Below, in pieces: positions 13,535 through 27,131 of a DNA stretch of 64,000 nucleotides. The notes under the pieces were generated by a model that ran no database searches, had not been told where the DNA came from, and worked only from the letters and a program-made list of their open reading frames with translations. The stretch comes from Mizuhopecten yessoensis (Eukaryota), in NCBI RefSeq assembly GCF_002113885.1, contig NW_018406720.1, forward strand, positions 860,722 through 924,721. Reading direction: 5' to 3'. The translations under genes were made by a program, and so were the position numbers. Numbering within the stretch: the stretch's first letter is position 1; each line of letters starts with the position of its first letter.

Positions 13535-13922
13535 TCATTTTTGGCCTTTAGTTGAGCGTTCGCCCCTGTGAGGAAGGCTTTGGGTTCTGTCTCCTGGCCG
13601 AGACATCCCAGAGTCTGTAAAAATGGTAGTTTCTACTCCTGCTTAACGCTCAGAAATTTAGGAGTGGGCGACTGGTTCGCCCGTTGTCAGTATAATGTGA
13701 CCGGGTGGGGTGTCCTGCTGGGTGTCTTCGGCAGTATGTTTCAGTGAGGTAGCACTATAAAGTTGGCATCAGTTCCGTGCTATCACAAGGAGACTAACAC
13801 GAATATACCGCAGTCTCCCAAAACACACACGCACACACTACACGCATGCATCTTACACACAGGGGAGGCCGTCCTTAAATGATCATAGCTGTTGAAAGGA
13901 CGTTAAACAATACTAAACGAAA
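13535..13922 (+). mobile_element. tRNA-derived SINE with V-type central domain
   Basis: Degenerate A/B-box head, central cgctcag..gactggtt..tataatgtgaccgggtgg..tttcagtgaggtagcactataaa, CA-rich stretch and aggacgttaaac tail. Resembles bivalve V-SINEs (recognised from memory). Confidence 0.7.
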
Positions 13923-14522
13923 CCGGATAAATATTTAACGCGGAACATAGGTTATGTTTTAATATTTGGCAATATATCGACCAATTAAGATTCAAGAATG
14001 AATATGTATGGTTTGAAACATGAAAACATTTCAAACATATGTAACTTGTTGTAAATTCTCTTTTATAATTTGATTTGTATCAATAAAACTTTCAATTCAG
14101 ACACGTATGAGGGATACAGAAGAATGGGATGACCCAAAGGAGATCTACCCGATGGGTGCATCATCTTCAGTCACTTCATCTGTTGAGGAGGCCCATAAAA
14201 CACCGTCCAAGACATGAAACCATCACATACATTTGTCTGTAATACCTGTGATAACCACGGCCACATATGGACAAATAAACTGTTTTTCCTGTGACCACGG
14301 CAACCTCATGGAAATAATCATGTCGGCAGCCTTTGCGATAAGTGCGGTAAGAAAAGCCGATCTCAATTACCGTATGAAACACCAATGGGTTTCAGCATTT
14401 ACTATGCAATTAATATACAAATGTTAGAACATTTATTACAACGATCATGGTAGTTCTAATTTTCAAGTACCATTCTTCAAAAGGTTAATCAGGTGAAGGA
14501 CTGTCTTCACAGTACATGTTCC

Positions 14523-14826
14523 TATGGCAAGCCAACTTAACATTTGTTCATTTAATTTCTATATAAGATATCTCATATAGTATATAAGATATTTTATATA
14601 TAATATAAGATATCTCATATATTATTTAAGATATTATCTTATATCGTATATAAGATATCTGATATGCTATATAAGATATCTTCTGTACTATATTGTATAT
14701 AAGATATCTCATTTATATAAGATATCTCTATTGTATATGAGATATCTCATATGATTATCTTATATAATTCGATGAAATACAGGATCGACATTGCTCCTTG
14801 AATAAATGTTAAGCTGGCTTGCCATA
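14523..14826. mobile_element. Non-autonomous DNA transposon, IS3EU-like (TATGG termini, 6-bp TSD)
   Basis: TIRs tatggcaagccaacttaacattt / aaatgttaagctggcttgccata; exact TSD tgttcc on both sides; internal tataagatatct repeats. Confidence 0.85.
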
Positions 14827-16987
14827 TGTTCCAGTCAGACGGATCTTTTCCGCGTTCATTTCATGACTCCGCGTACACTAGCCGTATCCTAAAACGCAGC
14901 ATGTGTGCACCTATTGTACGAAGTCCTGTAACTAGGGATTACTCGCAGGTCTGTCACTATTGTCACTATATGTAAAATAGTTCGAGAGAGTACATACAAC
15001 TCTTTAAAGGTAATGCAAACGTAATTCCTACCGAGAAAGGTTTAAAACTTAAATAACGCATCAAATGTACCTTCAATAATATGTAACCTGAGATCGTGAT
15101 GATTAACGATACATGTAATGTCTGTTTTCAACATCTCGTGTATAGACACTTTGTAATAAATCATATGTATGTTTTGAATTCATTGCTTTCGTTTTTCGCA
15201 CTCAAATATGTTTGTATTTACTTGTTTTCTTTTGGGGTTCCATTTATACTAAAACAATGGAATTATACAAGAGGGAAAGAAACGATATGATTTTACCTGT
15301 ACATTACTTGTGTGTGTTAATGCAATGTGTTATTCATACGACATCCCGCAATTCTACCCTGTTGGTAAACATGTTTATTACATAGCACAGTGATACCATA
15401 CCTACAGGTGGTTGTCAGGAAGTCCGCTACTTCAGGGTCGATAACGTTCTCTGTCCCGATACAAACTAAACGTTTTACGTATAAATCGTATAAAATGTTT
15501 TACCAACTAATGACAAAATCTTGTTGAATGGAAGATGTGTGTCGTAGCATGAGACAAGACAACATAGTGAACATGAAAAGGGTGACCACCTCTACGTACG
15601 TCAATAGATAATTCAGTCCGCTTTTGAAGTTATATGAGTCAAAAATGAATTTACCTGGGATAACTAAATGTCTCATGCACTCTCAAGTAAGTGTGAGTTG
15701 TCCCCCTTTGGGTATCACAAACCTGTCAGTTTTCGTATATTCAGTGCAATAGCCTGTTTAATGACAACCTTATTGAGCAAAATCGCAAATGTATTTCGTC
15801 AAAATATGAACGATGTCTTATATAATCAATCTTATTTATAAATATCTTACAGAACTTTCTCCTTAAGATATCATAAATATTGTTACATACTTCTTTCATA
15901 AGATATCTTTGAACACAGGATATATACTAATTTAACAAATGATGGGTTGTAATATGCATATTTTCACGAAACATACAAAAACTATCAAGTCGTGATATTC
16001 TAAATCATGGGTATACTGTTTGTATTGGTTAACTGATGTTGCAGAATTTACATTGTATAAGGTATTACTGCTGAATTATACTTTTCTGTCACAAAAATAT
16101 CACTACAGTGCCCCTATTATTTAACATAATACAATGTTCACTTTAAAAAAAATATGATAAAATAAAAGTCCTGATCTCACCTTTATAACATACTGAGTGA
16201 AAACTAATCGCCAAACATAATAAAATGGACACTATTTACAAAGTAATTTCAATAATAAGAAAGCAATACAAAAGATAGGGAAATAGACAAGTACAGAATA
16301 TTGCAGTCATAGCCAGCCTAACCCTGTTGGGATAAATGTAACCGACTATAGTATATCCCCAAGCTGTCCACTGGTTGCAGGTCCCCCTACCATAGTGGTC
16401 AGCTCGAGTCTTCAACAATAGTTATACCATAACTGAGTAGCATGATACGTAAATAAATGAAACTGCGAAAATATCTTCATTGTTAACCCATAAAAGCAGT
16501 TGGGCAATTTCTTGAATATTTCGTTAAAAGATTCAAAAGGTCTTAATTTATTATAATTTTATCAGCTCAATTTAGAAATTCTTCAATTTTTGGAATAGTA
16601 AAAACTAAAGCTACTTGAACCTTGTCTCATGATTATCGATTAAGTGTCCCACTGATGTCTTCAACAATCCCATGTCTTCACACGCCTGCTCTCCTTTATC
16701 GCCAGATCTCTCAATCAGTTTTACTGAAAGCGAACTACCTTCTCAGTGTTTTGTCACCTTAAGGTGTTTGATATTATTATATACATATTGGAACTGGGCT
16801 TTTATAAGTTACTAACGTATGGTATATCCCCTTGTCCCGATTATGGTATTGCAGTATGTTCATATTATATTAATATACAGTAATACACATGGTAACAATA
16901 TATATAAGAGATCTCGCAGAAGAAGGAGAAATACATTGAATGTTGTCTGACAGATTGTTCGATGCATTTTTTTTCTGTTGTTTTGGC

Positions 16988-17270
16988 ATCCTCGATGCTC
17001 ACTCACGCTCTCTGCACCCCTGGAATATGTCATAGCAAATTTGAAGCCACGCGGCTAGCAATTTGATTGGTCTCAAGGAAAAAACCTGACCAATCGCTAG
17101 GCTGATACCTGTCCTTTGATGGTTCCAGAGGAACGACATCCGACTGTAAAGCGAGTTAATTTTACCGTTACGCGACCGCGATATCCTTTTGGTGTACATC
17201 AAAGGGTCAAACTAGGCTTCTTGTCAACATCCACAAGGTGCTGCATTAGCCTTGAATTTTGCTATGACAT
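16988..17270. mobile_element. MITE, same family as 18083-18431, opposite orientation, one end truncated
   Basis: catcctcgat..cccctggaatatgtcatagcaaa; internal ttaccgttacgcgaccgcg is the reverse complement of the 18224-18240 sequence. Confidence 0.7.
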
Positions 17271-18082
17271 GACGTTGCCGTGTTTGATCAGGGTTACAGC
17301 GTACTGCGTGGGATGTCTGTCTTATTGGATAATTTATGCTAGGTGTCACTAAAGCCGTAGTATATTTTTATCTATTTCAAATGGAGATGATTCTAATATG
17401 CAATTAAATTTCAATTGTGCTATCAATTAGCCCGCCGTGTTATTTAGGTATGTCGATTGGAAGATTATCAAATAGCTTCGGAAAACAAACAGATAATTGC
17501 AAACGATACAATACAGTTTGATATCGTTTTTATTCACTGTGATGAGATATCATATTAATATATATATCAAACAAGTAACAACATAATACACTAATTGGTT
17601 TATAACTTTCCATGTATAGGTCTCATTAGTAATAACGACAATACGATCTAACATGAGCACTAGATCCGAACAAGCATTCGTGTTTCTGTCTTGAAAAAGG
17701 TGCGGGTCGCCATGAAAATTTGACTAAGTTCTTTGTCTGTACTGTCGTTATCATACTTCAAACAAACGTCAGAGTGCGCGAGACTCGGCATGGTGATATC
17801 TATCAGTAAGTTACATGTAGACAAAGTATCTTTTAGGGAGATACTGTAACAAATATGACCGAAATCAAAGGAAATATGACAAAAGGGGGAAACTAACTAT
17901 CTATCAAACTGATCTACATTATTTGTTGTATTTACAAAATATTGCAAAATATATAGATACACTGAACGATGGAATCACACACTGCATACAGGGTATAGTT
18001 AACACTTTCACTGTAACTGTCGCTATTTTTTTTGTGAAAATAATTCACAAATTAAATATGACCGGGAAGTGCTTACAAAAGA

Positions 18083-18431
18083 CATCCTCGATACTTCAGG
18101 GGTTACGCTCATTTACGCTCTCTCTTCACTCCTGGAATATTTTATAGCAAAATTGAAGGCTCAGTGTGCCCCACCTTGTTGATGAGACAAGAAGACGAGT
18201 TTAACGTACATCAAAAGAATCTCGCGGTCGCGTAACGGTAAAAAATGACTGGCTTTGAAGTTGGGTGTCGCTCCTCTGTAATCTTCAAAGGCCAAGTATC
18301 AGCCTGGCGATTGTTTTGTTTTTTTACCTGAGACCAATCTAACAGCTATCTTTTTGCCTTCAATTTCGCTATGACATATTCCAGGGGTGCAGAGAGCATA
18401 CATGAGCGTAACTCCAAGTGTATCGAGGATG
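18083..18431. mobile_element. Long-TIR MITE (Mutator-like)
   Basis: ~75-bp imperfect TIRs catcctcgatac...gaaggc / gccttc...gtatcgaggatg with similar A-rich flanks. Paralogous copy at ~27683-27980. Confidence 0.75.
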
Positions 18432-18592
18432 ACAAAAAGAACTATATACAACAACAGTGTCGCGAGTGCAACACTTCATAAATAACATATCTTACAAGTC
18501 CGGACAAGTTGTATACAGGATGTTGTTATGTATGTCTTTTAGCGAGTCTGTGTCGGGATAACAGAGTCACAGTGATTGGGACGGGAACGATG

Positions 18593-19350
18593 TCATCGTG
18601 GAAGGTAGTTCAGATCGTCTGAATAGGTTGGAGGAACGTCGGTGTTGTGTATCCTCAATTCCTGTCCGTTTAAGTATGAAGGTGGAAGGTTGGATGGGTA
18701 CTTCTTTAGGATACCAGTGGCCACACGAACTGCAATGTCACATCAGACAATTAGAGATGTACAGCCGGTCGTTTTTAAATAATCTGTGACTTTCACAATA
18801 TTGGTAATCGGAGGTTTTCATGACATAATTTGATCTATAACTAGGAAAGTACTGGGAAACTTTTGTTATTTCTTATATATATAACAAATAAACGTCAAAT
18901 GACTAATGCAGACATAAATACGACCCTACCATAAGAGACGGACGACACCTGTTTTGTATCGGTATACACTTTCGGCTTGATGACAGTTTTTCTCCTGTTC
19001 CGTCTCTTCATTGCGTTAATGATACAGTAAGCTATGAAGACGATAACCAACGCAATACCCAGGATTGTGAAGGTCGCAGGGCTGTAAACAAAACCACGAT
19101 ATTTTTCAGTACAATCTTGATGAAGTCCACAACAGTTCATAAAACATGACATTAGCAATTACAACAAGCATACTAAGTATTGATCACAATCCCTGAAGGA
19201 ATGAAGCCGCTAGAGCGCTGACAAGGATTTTCTAAAAATAGTATGGTCCTTTGTAATAGTTTAAAGTTTGATCCAAATCCTTCAAGCAATGAAGCCGCTA
19301 GAGCGCTGACAAACGTACGTACACAGACGGATGGAGAGGAAAACTATAGT

Positions 19351-19383
<33 letters not shown>

Positions 19384-22297
19384 NCGGTTTCACCGGTGGG
19401 GGACTAATCATGACGAAGACCACAGAGCTGCAAATGAAACATGCAGTAAGACAGTATAATCATGATTAAGGTAGTAAGCCAATATAATCATGATTAAGGC
19501 AGTAAGCCAGTATAATCATGATTAAGGCAGTAAGCCAGTATAATTATGATTAAGGCAGTGAGCCAGTATAATCATGATAAAGGCAGTAAGCCAGTTTCAT
19601 CATGATTAAGGCAGTAAGCCAGTATCATCATGATTAAGGCAGTAAGCCAGCATCATCATGATTAAGGCAGTAAACCAGTATAATCATGATCCGTACGGTG
19701 GCAGACAAAACCAGACGATAGCCAGAACAGCACCGAACAGCCTAAGTTGATTGGTTTACACCATACATTATGAACGAAAACAACACGATCATAGTCATTG
19801 CAGCCTTACACCATCATTTAAAATACAAATGGGTGACAGTGTCCTATTTTTTTCTGACGATTTGAAAATTGAATTTTAGAAAATGAAAGACGAAATTGCC
19901 AAATACCAATCACCAAAATAATTTCATGCTAGATGCTTGGCATATTTCCACTTACAAAAGCCTTATGGGTAAACAACTCGGGCAAGATTTCCATATTCAA
20001 ATTAATCAAAAATACATTGCTAGAAGTAAGGGAGAAAGCTACCTTAACCACTTTCAAAGAGAATGGGCCAAATGACAAAACGTTTTTCGAAAACATCACA
20101 AACCTGAAATTTGGGACCGATTTGTCATTAGTTATTTTCTTATTTATAATACATGTATATAATTATTATATTGAGTAAATGCAAATATTGATTACGCTCA
20201 CACTAAACGCTCATAGAGAAATTCAAATTAAAAATACATTTTAAACAATCTTACCTTTCCTTTCTGATAATTGTAATATGTGTGTCTATATATAGGTTTG
20301 TTTTATGTCATGTTATGTCATGTATGTACATTGTATTGTATCTTAATGTAAAAAGAAGAAAATGAATTGTTGTCCTTTCCTCGTTAGTCATTATAAACAT
20401 ATTTACTATGGTTCAATTATGATGTTCAAAATTAAGAAAGTCACAAATCATTAAGGTTATTTAAACGACAATCAACACACAAATCTTGCATGCCAGTCGG
20501 CACTCTACCGTGTATTATTGTCATGTTTATCAGCACGGAATACATATCTCCCGTGAGTATTTGATACAAGCATGTACATGTAATTAGTCTGCATTTGTAT
20601 GTTGTTAAAGCCCAACAATATGTATTTACATACATACCTCCGAGTTAAAACACGATCACAAATCGGATATTAAAGCCGACACGTTTGGTAAGACACAACT
20701 TGTAACGGAGGTTAGACACAACTTGTAACGGAGGTTAGACAAACTTGTAACGGAGGTTAGACACAACTTGTAACGGAGGTTAGACGTTACAAAAATCAAT
20801 TGATTACTTGGTTGATTTCAATTAAATTAGTTATTTAAATATAAATTTAAAGTTGTTGTTTACATTACGTTGACCAGGAACACTTACTGGAATGGACAGC
20901 AGGAAACATTGTTTCTCCAATTATCACCACAACATCCGTTGGCACATTCCTTGATCCCTTCCAGTGTATGGCAGTACTCCTTGGCGTTTACTCCTAGTGT
21001 AGCGAAACGACCAATAAACAAAAAATAGTAAAATCTGCGTACTGAGCTACAGAATGCATCTAACAATTCATTGAGCGACATAGATATTGTCAAAATAACA
21101 ACAACCTTAATTGTTTAGTGGATCAATTAGGACTGTATTAAATACATTTGAAAATGTACCCCGATGTTTGATTCTAAATCTGTAAATCAATGTATTTATG
21201 TGCCTCACACTTTCTACATTTCTGTCTCTCTTTGTTTCCTTTTCTTGTTTCTCTTTCCACGCCGTGTCTTTTTTCTACAACTTTGTCTTTGTATCAGGCC
21301 GAAAGAACAATTAACCGACAATAAACTATTTTAAATGTGACACATGAAACACTGACTACCTCGTATGTATGCATAGATATGATGGTGACGTCAGCCGATA
21401 TGTGTCCAATCATCCTGTTAACCTGAGTATATGTGTCCATATTTATCCTGTTGACATGAGCATGTGTCCATAGTTATCCTGTTTACCTGAGTATGTGTCC
21501 ATAATTATCCTGTTAACCTGAGTATGTGTCCATAGTTATCCTGTTTACCTGAGTATGTGTCCATAGTTATCATGTTAACAACGGTATCTGTCCACATATA
21601 CACTGATACCATACTTACCCCACTGTGTATACACATAAACCATGGTTACCCCACTTTGTATACACAGTTGCTATGGTAATACCTCCATGTGCCCTACACA
21701 TAACCACGTTATCCCGGTATGTGTCCGAATACCGTCTAGAATTCTTTGGTTCAGTTTAATATCAGATTGCGACAAATGTTTTGTCTTCATTACGAAGAAA
21801 TAAATCACGTGTTCATATACTTCATAAAAATGCTACTACTTCATGCTTTAATTTGTTAAGAGAACAATATATTCTGCATGTTTACCACATACATGTACAT
21901 TTAAACAGAAACGAAGGCACAATGTAACATTTTATTTGACATGTACTGTTTTTATCATTATCTGATGTGACAAGGGACTTACTTTCAATGTTTTATCCAT
22001 TAATTCACCTAAATCATGGCGCAACATAAATTTATTTTAATAAGAACTTTAAAATGTAGATACCCTTTTTTTAATATTTTGACTGCCAGTTTCCTTAGTG
22101 AACTTAATAACGTATTTAAAATGATTTGGTCCGATTATAGAGAATATAATACAGCTCCTATAATAACGTGTTGTTGTTAGTATTGTTTTAATGTCTTGCA
22201 TACACAAGTACTTACCTTGGTAAAGATTGAAAAGCACATAAATAAGAAATGACAAACTCCCTTTCCCTGCTTCACAGTAACTTGTATTAACTCCCAT
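18593..22297 (-). CDS. Shisa/CYYR1/WBP1-like single-pass membrane protein, copy 1 (158 aa)
   Basis: Exons 22297-22216 (signal peptide), 20993-20888 (C-x8-C-x3-CC-x9-CC), 19081-18930 (TM plus KRRNRRK), 18729-18593 (PPSY, PPTY, stop). All GT-AG; phases 1,2,1 join in frame. Confidence 0.85.
19455..19690. repeat. 28-bp tandem repeat (~8 copies)
   Basis: Unit tataatcatgattaaggcagtaagccag; follows a HINE-like insert (~19160-19407) that contains a poly-C run. Confidence 0.88.
20691..20787. repeat. 23-bp tandem repeat x4
   Basis: Unit gacacaacttgtaacggaggtta. Confidence 0.85.
21400..21600. repeat. ~31-bp intronic tandem repeat
   Basis: Unit gtccatagttatcctgttaacctgagtatgt; expanded at ~30500-31125 in copy 2. 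Confidence 0.8.
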
Positions 22298-23530
22298 GTC
22301 GTAACTTGTTATCTAATAGAAATGGGAGTTCCTAGCTGATCATGCAATACTACATGTCTGTAATTAAGTAACCGGATTTAGTGCCGGTCGTCATGGGTAA
22401 ATATAAGTCAACTGTACGTATCTAATGAGGACTTCCTGCATTAAAGGTAAAGTAAGAAGATAATACGAAATCATAACATTGTTTCCTTTCCTGACGTCAC
22501 AGTTATACCCGTTTTACCTGTCAGAATACCGTAATGTATTTATTTGATGATGTGTTTACGTCTTCGAAAAGTTTCCAGAGAAACTAGAGAAGTTATTAAT
22601 TTATAATTATAATTCGAGGTTCTTATCAACCGCTTTATCATAACCTAGTTCGTAGGTCATCTCAAAGCGATTCACAAATTATTATCTGTGGTTATAGGGC
22701 CTTTGCAACCAGCTAATACCTTTCTCAACTCCCCGGGAGCATACAGCCGGAGCTGCTATTTCGGCGCTAACAGCTAACATAAATTTATTTTAATAAGAAT
22801 TTTAAAATGTAGATACCTTTTTTTTTAATATTTTGACTGCCAGTTTCCTTAGTGACCCTAATAACGTATTTGAAATGATTTGGTCCGATTATATAGAATA
22901 TAATACAGCTCCTATAATAACGTGTTGTTGTTAGTATTGTTTTAATGTCTTGCATACACAAGTACTTACCTTGGTAATGATTGAAAAGCACATAAATAAG
23001 AAATGACAAACTCCCTTTCCCTGCTTTACAGTAACTTGTATTAACTCCCATGTCGTAACTTGTTATCTAATAGAAATGGGAGTTCCTAACTGATCATGCA
23101 ATACTACATGTCTGTAATTAAGTAACCGGATTTAGTGCCGGTCGTCATGGGTAAATATAAGTCAACTGTACGTATCTAATGAGGACTTCCTGCATTAAAG
23201 GTAAAGTAAGAAGATAATACGATATCATTACATTGTTTCCTTTCCTGACGTCACAGTTATACCCGTTTTACCTGTCAGAATACCGTAATGTATTTATTTG
23301 ATGATGTGTTTACGTCTTCGAAAAGTTTCCAAAGAAACTAAGGAAGTAATTATTTAATAATTATAATTCGAGGTTCTTATCAACCGCTTTATCACAACCT
23401 AGTTCGTAGGTCGTCTCAAAGCGGTTCACAAATTATTATCTGTGGTTATAGGGCCTTTGCAACCAGCCAATACCTTTCTCAACTCCCCGGGGAGCATACA
23501 GCCGGAGCTGCTATTTCGGCGCTAACAGCT
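22022..23530. repeat. ~754-bp tandem duplication containing exon 1 of the Shisa-like gene
   Basis: 22022-22775 matches 22776-23530. A second intact signal-peptide exon lies at 23051-22970 (MGVNTSYCKAG...NHYQ) with its donor intact. Confidence 0.9.
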
Positions 23531-23657
23531 AGCATTTACAGCTGAATAGACTGGAACAAGCGGAGTAAAGGATACAACACCTGACCTTGCCGTGGCGCGA
23601 ACCTGCAACCCTTTCGGTCACAAGCCAGGCGTCCTACCACTGGACAACGTGCCTCCT
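23351..23657 (-). mobile_element. tRNA-derived SINE
   Basis: Minus-strand head ggaggcacgttgtccagtggtagg...ggttcgcgcc (A/B boxes); gaagtaat duplicated on both sides; empty site in the paralog at ~28892. 3' half duplicated at ~22600-22775. Confidence 0.78.
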
Positions 23658-23709
23658 GAAGTAATAATAAACACTTTTGTCATTTCTTATATATATATAA
23701 CAAAGATAC

Positions 23710-23865
23710 CATATGAGACGGACGACACCTGTTTTGTATCGGTAGACACTTGATGACAGTTTTTCTCCTGTTCCATCTCTTCATTGAGATAACGATACAG
23801 TTAGCGATGAAGACGATGGCCAACGCTATACCCTGATAATCATATGAATGATGAATGCCGCAGGG
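23710..23865 (-). pseudogene. Orphan, frameshifted TM exon (exon 3) of a third Shisa-like copy
   Basis: Homologous to 18930-19081 and 28985-29142 with indels; flanked by intron 3- and intron 2-like sequence; exons 1, 2 and 4 of this copy are not seen. Confidence 0.8.
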
Positions 23866-24087
23866 CTGTAAACAAAACCATACATTTGTTCAGTACAACT
23901 TCGATGAAGTCCACAAACATTTACAAAACATGACATAAGCAATTACAATTATCACCACAGAACTGAAAAGAGAAGAACATAGCCAGTATAATAATGATGA
24001 AGCAAACTCTTAAATAATTATCAGTTGCGACATTTGAACACCGCAAGATCAGAAACAATACAAGTTAACGAGACCATAATAATTACA

Positions 24088-24192
24088 CAGTGGCGGATCC
24101 AGAAGTTTTGTTTGGGCTTCAGGAACATGGAAACCCCCCCAGGAAATTTGGACACCCCGACCCCCCCAGATAGGTCTCTGGATCCGCCACTG
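24088..24192. mobile_element. 105-bp MITE
   Basis: Perfect 16-bp TIR cagtggcggatccaga / tctggatccgccactg; ttaca duplicated; empty site at ~29357. Confidence 0.85.
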
Positions 24193-24631
24193 TTACATCC
24201 CGAATGAAAGTCACAAGGCTTGAAACTTAGCGGTATAAGTTAATTACAGCTTTAACAAAGTTGTTGAATGAGGAGCTTTATCAACAATAAGATTATAATA
24301 ATTTAGAAGCTGCCCAAAACGTTCAAAAAATAAAATGGAATTATGGTGCCCTCGAGTACCTATGGTCCACCAGAAGCGTGAAAATACCAGATGGATTTGC
24401 CGTTTCCTTTAATTTTGTTGTGTTCTATTATGATTTTATATTTTCATCGTAACAGGAAGCGAATTTTCACAAAGTCATTATTTAAATTAAGATTTTATTT
24501 TTACCTTTAAATCGGTAAACACATTCATACAGATACTGTGGTAAAATAATCTAAAAAAAAGAAGAAAGGTTTTCAGAAGTTCTACCCCTAACCTAATTAA
24601 TGACTTGTATATCCGGTTCTATGGCGTGAGT

Positions 24632-26500
24632 GTTTTTAGATCACCTGCCCGAAGGGCAAGTGAGCTAATGCCGTGGTGCGGCGTCAATATTTTACTTTAA
24701 ACAACTTCCTCTGAATAAACAAAAGGACCAGGGTGATGATATTTGGCCAGAAGCAAACTGGAATAATGGGCTACTAAGTTTGTTCAAATAAATGACCTTG
24801 ACCCATATTCAAGGTCTCAGGGATCAAATATGTTTAAAAAAAACTTTAAACAACTTTTTCTGAATAACCAAAATGCCCAGGGTGATGATATTTGGCCAGC
24901 AGCATGCTGTGATGAAGGGCTATTAATTTTGTTCAAATGAATGACATTGACCTACTTTCAAGGTCAATTGGGTCAAATGTCTTAAAATCTTTAAACGACT
25001 TCTTCTCAATAAGAAAAAGGCCCAGAGTACTGGTATTAGGCCTGTTGCATGCTGGGATGAGGGGCTACTAAGTTTGTTCAAATGAATGACCTTGACTTAT
25101 ATTCAAGGTCACAGGGGTCGAATATGTTAAAAACCTTTAAAACAACTTCTTCTGAATAACCAAAAGACATAGGGTGATGCTATTTGGCCAGTAATATGCT
25201 GGGATAAAGGGCTACCAAGTTTTTTCAAATGAATGACCTTCATCTATTTTCAAGGTCACAGGAATCAAATATGTTAAAATCTTTTAACGACTTCTTCTGA
25301 ATAACCAAGAGGCCTAGGGTGATGATGTTTTGTCAGTAATATACTGGTATGAAGGGCTACCAAGTATGTTCAAATGAATGACATTGACTTATATTCAAGG
25401 TCCCAAGGGTCAAATACGTTACAATCTTTTAATGACTTCTTCTGAATAACCAACAGATCTAGGGTGATGATATTTGGCCAGTAGCATGCTGAGATGAAGG
25501 GCTACCAAGTTTGTTCAAATAAATGACCTTTACTTATATTCAATGTCACTGGGGTCAAATAGGTTCAAAACCTTTAAAATAACTTCTTCTGAATAACCAA
25601 GAGGCCTAGGATGATGATATCTGGCCAGTCACATGCTGGGAGGAAGGGCTACCAAGTTTGTTCAAATGAATGACCTTTACTTATATTCAAGGTCACAGGG
25701 GTCAAATATGTTAATTTTTTTTATTGAAACTTCTTCTGAATAACCAAAAGGCCTAGGATGAAGATATTTTGCCAGTAGCATGCTGGAATAAAGGACTACA
25801 GAGTTTGTCCAAATGAATGACCTTTATTCAATTTCAAGATCACAGGGGTCAAATATGTTGAAATCTTTTAACAGCTTCTTCTGAATAACAAAGAGACCTA
25901 GGGGGATGATATTTGGCCAGTAGCATCCTGGGATGAAGGGCTACCAAGTTTGTTCAAACGAATGACCTTGACTTATATTCAAGGTCAAAGGGGTCAAATA
26001 TGTTTGAAACCTATGAACAACTTCTTCTGAATAACCAAGAGGCTTAGGATATTGATATTTCGCCAGTAACATCCTGGGATGAAGGGCTACCAAGGTTGTT
26101 CAAACGAATGACCTTGACATATATTCAATGTCACAGGGGTGAAATATGTTTCAACCCTGTAAACGACTTCTTCTCAATAAGCAAACGGCCAAGGGTGATG
26201 ATATTTGGCCATTAGCAGGCTGGGATGAATGACTATCAAGTTTGTTCAAATGAATGACCTTCGCCCATATTTAAGGTCATAGTGGGCAATATATGTTTAA
26301 ATATTTAAATGATTTGTTCTGTATAGCCAAAAGGTCCAGGGTAATGATATTTTGCCAGAAGCATGCTGGGTTGGAAGACTATAAACTCTGTTCAACCTAA
26401 TGTCCTTCTTTGACAAAGGTCACAGGCGTCAGACATTTAAATCTTTTAATAGTTTCTTATGAATCAAATACTGATATTCTGCCTGTAGTTGTATTTTAGT
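24632..26500. mobile_element. Helentron-associated (HINE-like) element carrying ~11 monomers of a ~160-bp satellite
   Basis: Starts tttttagatcacctgcccgaagggcaagtgagct (subterminal hairpin); monomer ggtgatgatatttggccagtagcatgctgggatgaagggctaccaagtttgttcaaatgaatgaccttg...; architecture like bivalve BIV160/pearl-type elements. Confidence 0.82.
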
Positions 26501-27131
26501 CTACTTTTAGGATTACAGTTAATACGAGGTGGCCAAAGAAAATAGCAATATTAGCCTCAACCCTAAAATGCAAAGTGCATTTGGTCCAAACTACACAATG
26601 TATACACATTGGGTCAGGTCAACTGCTGTATCTGAGGGGAAACGGCTATTATCACGTACACAGACATAGTAGCATCTCAAACTTTAATTTAGATTTTAAT
26701 ATGCAGGCAATTGTGCTATTAAATATTCTGCCGTGTAATTTTGATATGTCTTTTGGGAGATTATTTAAAAGCTTTGAAACAAACTGATCATCATTGCAAA
26801 CGAAAAAAGGCAGTTTGATGTTGTTTTTATTCACTGTGATGAGATATCATATTAATATATATCAAACAATCAACAACATAATATACTAAATGGTTTAAAA
26901 CTTTTCATGTACAATATATATATCTATATATATTATATACGTCTCATAAGTAACAACGACAGTATGATCCAATTTCCGTCCAAAAAAGTTGGTTGGACGC
27001 ATGTTACCTAAATAAAAATAAGGGCAAAGAAGTTATAACGACAGTGCAGACAAAGAAAATTGTATTTTTGGTAGGGTAATCCACCTCTTTTTCAAGACAG
27101 AAAGATGAATATTTACATATCACAACATATA

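Noticed and set aside
13535-13610. Possible tRNA genes (also 23590-23657)
   Set aside because: Degenerate SINE heads with no complete cloverleaf.
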